Below the pieces are notes generated by a model. That model saw only the letters and a program-made list of their open reading frames with translations. It had not been told where the DNA came from and searched no databases. Shown piece by piece: positions 58,758 through 64,000 of a stretch of DNA of 64,000 bases. Each line of letters starts with the position of its first letter. The first letter of the stretch is position 1. This DNA comes from Planctomycetota bacterium (GTDB taxonomy: Bacteria; Planctomycetota; UBA1135; UBA2386). The DNA is taken from the NCBI GenBank assembly GCA_029936315.1, contig JAPYTD010000004.1:43153-107152 (forward strand), read 5' to 3'. Both the position numbers and the translations under genes were made by a program.

Positions 58758-60176
58758 CTAGTGGAACTGCACGTATTCGAAGTCGATCGGCTGGTCGTTC
58801 GGGCCCTTCTGTGGCGGCGCGATGTAGTTCGCGAACTTGCCGGGCTCGGTGACCTTGACCATGCACGAAGTCACATACTCGCGGTCGGCCGCGGTCGGCA
58901 ACCAAGTCGTGTGCATCTTGGTCCAGGTCGCTTCGTCGATGATCTCGCCTTCCGGGTTGAACTTGTAGCCAGCGCAGACGCCCTGGTTGCGGTTGAACTT
59001 CCGGTTGGGCAGCTTGATCACTTGGTCGATGCCTAGCTTCTTCAGTTCGCGGTTCCAACGGCTGACGATGCGCGTGCAATCAGCGATGTAGGCGTCTTGT
59101 AGGACCGAGTTCATCGCGCGGCGAAGCGGGATCTCCTTGGTCTCAACCTTGCCGTCATCGGTTGGCACTTCGAGTTTGTAGCCAATGTTGAGCGCCTTCG
59201 GATCCTTGTAGATGCCATCGCTCTCGCGGTAGCGCCCCTTCAGGCCCGTGGCGAAGGCTTCGGCCGCGTTGGTTGAGTCTTCGCCTCCGAACAGGTCCAT
59301 CGAGCCGGTGAACCAGAAGTTCACGTAGCGTTGGATGATCTCAAGCGGGATGGCGCCGACCGTCTTCGGGTCCTTGCCTTCGGCCATCAGTTCGCCGGTG
59401 CGCTTGATGATGCGGCCGACGCCGTTCTCACCGGTTTGCAGGTGGTAGGCCTCTTCGGCGAGCATGAACTGCGTCGTGCGCGCGAGCGGGTCAAAGCTCG
59501 ATTCGGCGAGCGATGCCAACTGATACTTGCCGTCACGATCCATGAAGGCCGTGAAGCAGAAGAAGTCGAGCCAGTTGTCGACCGGGTAGTTGAACGCCTC
59601 GAGGATGCGCGGGTTGTCTTCGTCACCACTGTGACGCTCAAGCAGTGCTTCGGCTTCGTCGCGGCCGTCGGCGCCGAAGTGCGTTTGCAGCAGGTAGACC
59701 ATCGCCCACAGGTGCCGCCCTTCCTCGACGTTGACTTGGAATAACGAGCGCAGGTCGTAGAGCGACGGGCAGCAGTGGCCGAGCATGCGTTGCTGCTCAA
59801 CCGACGCCGGCTCGGTGTCACCTTGCGTCACGATCAGGCGGCGTAGGCGGTTGCGGTGCTCACCGGGCACGTCTTGCCAGCAAGTCTCGCCGATGTTGTC
59901 ACCGAAGTGGATCTTGCGATCGCTCGGGCCTTCCGCGAGGAAGATGCCCCAGCGGTAGTCCGGCATCTTCACGTAGTCGAAGTGTGCCCAGCCACCTTGG
60001 CCGACACCGATCGCGGTGCGCAGGTAGATGTCGTGTTGGTTGAAGTCCGACGGGCCGATGTTCTGCCACCATTCGAGGAACTTCGGTTGCCACTTTTCGA
60101 GCGCCATAGTCAGGCGCTTGTTATCGCGGAGTCCAACGTTGTTGGGGATCTTGGCTTCGAGGTCGACGTTGCTCAT
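58758..60176 (-). CDS. boxB: Benzoyl-CoA 2,3-epoxidase subunit B
   Basis: IPNNV.L, ALEKWQP, VKMPDYRWGI, QGDTEPASVEQQ, EEGRHLWAM, DRDGKYQL, EEAYH, DLFG.E.STNA; 472 aa. Confidence 0.95.
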   Translation of the reverse strand: MSNVDLEAKIPNNVGLRDNKRLTMALEKWQPKFLEWWQNIGPSDFNQHDIYLRTAIGVGQGGWAHFDYVKMPDYRWGIFLAEGPSDRKIHFGDNIGETCWQDVPGEHRNRLRRLIVTQGDTEPASVEQQRMLGHCCPSLYDLRSLFQVNVEEGRHLWAMVYLLQTHFGADGRDEAEALLERHSGDEDNPRILEAFNYPVDNWLDFFCFTAFMDRDGKYQLASLAESSFDPLARTTQFMLAEEAYHLQTGENGVGRIIKRTGELMAEGKDPKTVGAIPLEIIQRYVNFWFTGSMDLFGGEDSTNAAEAFATGLKGRYRESDGIYKDPKALNIGYKLEVPTDDGKVETKEIPLRRAMNSVLQDAYIADCTRIVSRWNRELKKLGIDQVIKLPNRKFNRNQGVCAGYKFNPEGEIIDEATWTKMHTTWLPTAADREYVTSCMVKVTEPGKFANYIAPPQKGPNDQPIDFEYVQFH

Positions 60177-60180
60177 GGTG

Positions 60181-61803
60181 TTAAGTCCTTCTCCAGTCGA
60201 ACTGGGCACCCTCTGGTGCGCCGTAGCGTGACAGTGCACCGGTCTCGCCGGTGGCATTCGGGCGAATGAAGATCCAGTTCTGCCACGCACTGAGGCGGCC
60301 GAAGATCTTGCTGTCGCAGTTCTCGGCGCCGCCAAAGCGCAGCGACGCTTCCATGCCCGTGAGGGCGTCGGGAGACATCGAGACGCGTTCTTCGAGCGCG
60401 ATGCGCAGGTCGTCTTCCCAGTCGACCGGGTCCAGCAAGTAGGTGCACATGCCCTGTTCTTCGATCTCCGGCGCGATCATCGTTGGCGTTTCCTTGGCGA
60501 GCTTTTCGGCTTGCTCCGGCGTCGCGAGGAAGCGGTTGTGCAGGCGAGTGAGGCCGTGGCTCATCGGCAGTGCGCCGTCGCTGAGCGGGCCGACGATCAT
60601 CTCGGTCTTGTCGCCATCGTAGGCGTAGATGCGATCGCTCGACATCGACAGCTCGAGGAACGCGCCGGCGGCGCATGCCTCTTCATCGACCAGCGCGTAA
60701 GTCGAACGGGCCATCAGGTCGAAGCGGCGGCAAACGCGCGCCATCAGCAGGATGATCTCGTTGCAGAGCCAGTGGTCCTTGTTGGCGACCAGGTCCTTCT
60801 CGACCTGAATCAGTGCGTCGCGGTTGCCGCGCGTCTGCAGCACGACCATGCCGCACTCTTCGTGGTCGAAGCGCAGTTGCAGCAGCGCGTCGTCGAGTTC
60901 GCGCCAAGCCTTGATTGCCCAGGTGTTGCAGCCTGCGGCTTCGTAAGCCTCGCCGTGCTTCGGTTGATCGCCCTCGGGTCCCTTGATGGTGATCGTCGCG
61001 ACGCGCTTCTCGTCTTCGATGACTACTTGCACGTGCTCGTAGGAGTAACCGGTGTCGGTCCTTTCGGCGTTGATCGCATCGAGCGTGATGCCGTTGCCCG
61101 TTGGCCGCTTCGACTCGGCCGCCAACTCCTTGGCGCGCGTTTCGATCGCCGCATGGAACTTCGACTTCGGCCAGATGGCGTCGACGAAGTTCCACTTGAG
61201 CGCCTTCTTGCCGCGCAGACCTTCGGCCATCGTGCAGAACACGTCGGCGAGGTCGCGGCGCACCTTGCGCTTGTCGACGATGCGGGTCAGGCCACCGGTG
61301 CCGGGCAGCACGCCGAGCAGTGGCACTTCCGGCAGCGACACGGCCGAGTTGTTGTCGTTGACGAGGTGGATCTCATCGCACGCGAGCGCGAGTTCGTAGC
61401 CACCGCCAGCGCACGCCGCGTTGATTGCGCAGATCGACTTGACGCCTGAGTTGCGACTGTAGTCCTCAAGGCTGAGACGCGTTTCGTTCGTGAACTTGCA
61501 GAAGTTCACTTTGAACGGATGCGTGCTGCTCTTCAGCATCAGGATGTTCGCGCCGGCGCAGAAGGCTCGTTCTTGGCCACTGCCCACGACCAACGTCTTC
61601 ACCGACGGGTGCTCAAACCGCAGCCGCGAAACGGCGTCGGCGAGCTCCATGTCGACCCCGAGGTCGTAGCTGTTGAGCTTGAGTTCGTAGCCTTCCTTGA
61701 AGGGGAAGTCGGAGTTGACGTTCATGCGCAGGTGCGCGATGTCGCCATCGATTTGCAGCTCCCAGTGGTGGTAGCTGTCCGGGTGTCGGTTGAAGTCGGT
61801 CAT
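60181..61803 (-). CDS. boxC: 2,3-epoxybenzoyl-CoA dihydrolase
   Basis: Y.LKLNSYDLGVD.ELADA, FCAGANI, FCKFTNETR, GGGYELALACD, SLPEVPLL.VLPGTGG, SPDALTGMEA, LSAWQNWIF.RPNA, FDW.R. Confidence 0.95.
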   Translation of the reverse strand: MTDFNRHPDSYHHWELQIDGDIAHLRMNVNSDFPFKEGYELKLNSYDLGVDMELADAVSRLRFEHPSVKTLVVGSGQERAFCAGANILMLKSSTHPFKVNFCKFTNETRLSLEDYSRNSGVKSICAINAACAGGGYELALACDEIHLVNDNNSAVSLPEVPLLGVLPGTGGLTRIVDKRKVRRDLADVFCTMAEGLRGKKALKWNFVDAIWPKSKFHAAIETRAKELAAESKRPTGNGITLDAINAERTDTGYSYEHVQVVIEDEKRVATITIKGPEGDQPKHGEAYEAAGCNTWAIKAWRELDDALLQLRFDHEECGMVVLQTRGNRDALIQVEKDLVANKDHWLCNEIILLMARVCRRFDLMARSTYALVDEEACAAGAFLELSMSSDRIYAYDGDKTEMIVGPLSDGALPMSHGLTRLHNRFLATPEQAEKLAKETPTMIAPEIEEQGMCTYLLDPVDWEDDLRIALEERVSMSPDALTGMEASLRFGGAENCDSKIFGRLSAWQNWIFIRPNATGETGALSRYGAPEGAQFDWRRT

Positions 61804-61906
61804 GCAGGTGGCGAATCAGAAAGCCTCAGTCGAAGGGCGAACAGTGTTGTGTTCGCTGCAATCGCGAGCAAGCAAGATATCGCACACTCCTGGCGGATAG
61901 TCAGGC

Positions 61907-61937
61907 AATATAATGCATGCCCAATAGAATGCATGCC
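61907..61937 (-). promoter_or_regulatory. Putative boxC promoter/operator with TGCA-containing direct repeats
   Basis: AATGCATGCC at 61912 and 61928 (16-nt period) abutting a TATATT -10-like hexamer on the minus strand. Confidence 0.5.
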
Positions 61938-62006
61938 ATGTAAGGCAGGCCATTGACGAGACGCGCCGCCGAGGTGCGCAGGCGAACACGCCATGGTGCT
62001 AGCGGC

Positions 62007-63251
62007 TCAGATTGCGCGCGCAGCGACGTAGTTCCAGCTGGTCCCCGCACCGAACGCAAGCAGGAGCACATTGTGGCCGCGCTCAAGAGGCGCGACGACA
62101 ACTCGCTCGCTGCCCTTGACCAAGCGGCCCTCGCCATCGCGCTTGCCGACCGTCTCGTAGCTGGCGCTGCCTTGAAGGATGCGATCGAGCGCGATGCCAA
62201 CGCTTGCCGCCGAAGTGTTGCCGTGCTCTTGCAGCGTCAGGGCCATACGGTCGTAGGGGATGTGCAGTTGGTCGGCTAATTCTTGGACGAGCGCCATGTT
62301 GGCGCCGTGCGGCACGAACCGATCGATGCGGCTGCCGATCGCCATGCGCAGTTTGAGCGACGACTTGCGACCTTGTGCCGTCACTTGTGCGAACTCGTCA
62401 TCCGACACGAGACCGGCACGGTGCAGTGCCTCAAAGAACCCAGCACCTGGCACCACGCGACGCACGAAACGATAGACCTGTCGCCCAATCATCTGGAAGT
62501 GTTGGTTGGCACCGCCTTGTTGCGGATCGCGTAGACGTTCATACAGCGACTCGCGTGTCACACGCCCGGTCAGGGTTGCGGCATGTTCCATGTGTTGCTG
62601 CGGGTGGTTGCGAGTATCCAGCCCGCTGAACTGGTAGATCGACTCCCGGTCCGGCACGGTCTTCATGAACGAACCAAGGATCTCGAGGCTGGGCGTCTCG
62701 CGGCTGGTGTCCGGCTTGCGACTCGTGATGATGCACGCGGAGGCGCCGTCGCCGAGCAGCATGCAGTTGCGGTCGGTCCAGTCGACCATGCGGGTTGGCA
62801 CGTCGGCACCGATCACCAGCACCTGTTCACAGTTGCCGGACTTCACCATCGAAGCGGCCAGGATGATACTCGCCACGAGGCTTGCGCAGCCCTGCTGCAC
62901 ATCGAGGGACGTGGAATGCGGCATCGCATGACCGTGCTTCGCCAGTTCGCCTTGAATGATTGCTGCGCCAGCTGGATATGCGAACTGCGAAGTGTTGGTC
63001 GCCAGGATCACCATGTCGGTGTCCGTAGCGGCGACGTCGGCGCGTTCGAGCGCCTGGCATGCGGCGCGAAGGCCTAGGTCGGTCACGTGTTCATCGGCTT
63101 GTGCGACGTGACGCGAATCGATGCCCGTGTGTTCGCGAATCCACTCGGGGCTGGCATCCAGCCACGGCATTCCTGACACGAGCTGTTCGTTGGATAGCAC
63201 CTGCGCCGGCAGTGCAGTGCCGAAGGAGGTGATATAGACAGGGCGCGACAT
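62007..63251 (-). CDS. 3-oxoacyl-ACP synthase III (FabH-like) family protein
   Basis: WIREHTGI.SR, DVQQGCAS (Cys), LLGDGASA, FVPHGAN (His), HGNTSAASV (Asn), AFGAG.SW; 414 aa with inserts. Confidence 0.9.
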   Translation of the reverse strand: MSRPVYITSFGTALPAQVLSNEQLVSGMPWLDASPEWIREHTGIDSRHVAQADEHVTDLGLRAACQALERADVAATDTDMVILATNTSQFAYPAGAAIIQGELAKHGHAMPHSTSLDVQQGCASLVASIILAASMVKSGNCEQVLVIGADVPTRMVDWTDRNCMLLGDGASACIITSRKPDTSRETPSLEILGSFMKTVPDRESIYQFSGLDTRNHPQQHMEHAATLTGRVTRESLYERLRDPQQGGANQHFQMIGRQVYRFVRRVVPGAGFFEALHRAGLVSDDEFAQVTAQGRKSSLKLRMAIGSRIDRFVPHGANMALVQELADQLHIPYDRMALTLQEHGNTSAASVGIALDRILQGSASYETVGKRDGEGRLVKGSERVVVAPLERGHNVLLLAFGAGTSWNYVAARAI

Positions 63252-63518
63252 GTGGGCATCCTATCGCTGCAACCCGTGCAAAAATCCATAAGTCGATGCC
63301 CAGTTCTTCCAGGGATAACGTGCCTGGTCTGCTGAATCGTCGTTTCGAGCTTGTTTGCAGCGGGCAATCGCAGGTGCCAAGAACGTGCCAATTCACAAAT
63401 TCCATCGAGCGCGGCAAGTCGAGTTGGTGCCATTGTCCGAATCAGCCGGTCATCGGTTCGTTTGTAGGGTAGCTGCCATCGGTGTCCTCCTATTTGGAAA
63501 GGGTTAGGCCAGACGTCG

Positions 63519-63590
63519 GGGCACGCGGCGGACAAAGGTGGCGTGCTGGCGTTGACGCGCGAGCGGGCGTTGGAGCTGGCGCGGAAGTAG
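63519..63590 (+). pseudogene. Degenerate SDR-like fragment
   Basis: GHAADKGGVLALTRERALELARK* resembles the YxxxK helix YAASKGGVLALTR.LA.ELA. Confidence 0.3.
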
Positions 63591-63736
63591 ATGCGGGGAA
63601 ACGTCGGGTTGCCAGCGGAAGTGTGCACGCTGCTCTACGAGTCGTGGCTAGCCGCGCAGAATAACCCGGAACGACCGGCAGATTGTGTTGGGCGATGGGG
63701 GCTACACGCACCTCGCCTGGCGCGCGACGTGACGTG

Positions 63737-63781
63737 CGGAAGAGGATCATTCTTGTCCCGGTACCGTACGAGCACTCTTAG
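63737..63781 (-). repeat. Dispersed repeat, copy E
   Basis: CTAAGAGTGCTCGTACGGTACCGGGACAAGAATGATCCTCTTCCG; begins at the TAA of the upstream gene. Confidence 0.8.
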
Positions 63782-64000
63782 TTGCCGGTATAGGTGCGGC
63801 AGTAGTTGCTGGTGGTGAAGCCGAAGGTGTTGGCGGTGGGGTCCAGGCAGGCGTACTGGGAGTAGAAGAGGAAGCCGACTGCGTTTGCTGGCACGGCGAA
63901 CGGCAAGGTGGTGCCGCCAGTGGGGTCGAGGGTCGCGCCGGCGTTGAACAACAGATCGGTGTAGGCGAAGCAGCCGGGCATGTTGATGACCGAGAGGTCT
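63778..64000 (-). CDS. 3' end of a probable secreted protein (extends beyond the window)
   Basis: ...PFAVPANAVGFLFYSQYACLDPTANTFGFTTSNYCRTYTGN*. Confidence 0.7.
   Translation of the reverse strand, partial: DLSVINMPGCFAYTDLLFNAGATLDPTGGTTLPFAVPANAVGFLFYSQYACLDPTANTFGFTTSNYCRTYTGN

Noticed and set aside
187-62736. Numerous long overlapping ORFs in the track (e.g. 187..840, 2383..3096, 26184..27269, 50930..52033, 55543..56778)
   Set aside because: Typical antisense or off-frame shadows in a high-GC genome; each overlaps a gene with clear family motifs.
6366-63781. CRISPR repeats or integron attC sites as the identity of the 44-bp repeat
   Set aside because: Copies are dispersed and in both orientations with no spacers; there is no paired RYYYAAC/GTTRRRY core and no integrase or cas gene.

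Overview
GC-rich bacterial chromosome segment of about 60 genes. The gene style (ECF sigma/anti-sigma pair, many signal-peptide hypotheticals) suggests a Planctomycetota-like organism; this is inference. I found no rRNA, tRNA, CRISPR array, transposase or prophage. Content includes a DprE2/DprE1-like pair, a DEAD-box helicase, a glycosyltransferase/flippase cluster, infA, xth, dinB, tdh and kbl (separated by an insert), a type II methionine aminopeptidase, ABC exporters, an S46 peptidase and boxC-boxB (benzoyl-CoA epoxidation) with no boxA. Main observations: (1) Three genes that the ORF track splits are each interrupted by one in-frame TGA at a redox-Cys position and followed by a SECIS-like hairpin, so they are probably selenoproteins. 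They are a BCP peroxiredoxin, a TlpA-like UxxC protein and an exported CxU protein whose family I do not recognise. (2) A 1211-aa protein carries a voltage-sensor-like S1-S4 module but no pore. (3) boxCB is followed by a thioredoxin-like [2Fe-2S] ferredoxin and, nearby, a stand-alone NuoF-like flavoprotein that could replace BoxA. (4) A dispersed ~44-bp imperfect-palindrome repeat sits at gene 3' ends in five clear copies and one degenerate copy. (5) Several intergenic gene stumps are present. All family assignments come from motif recognition by eye; no searches were run.
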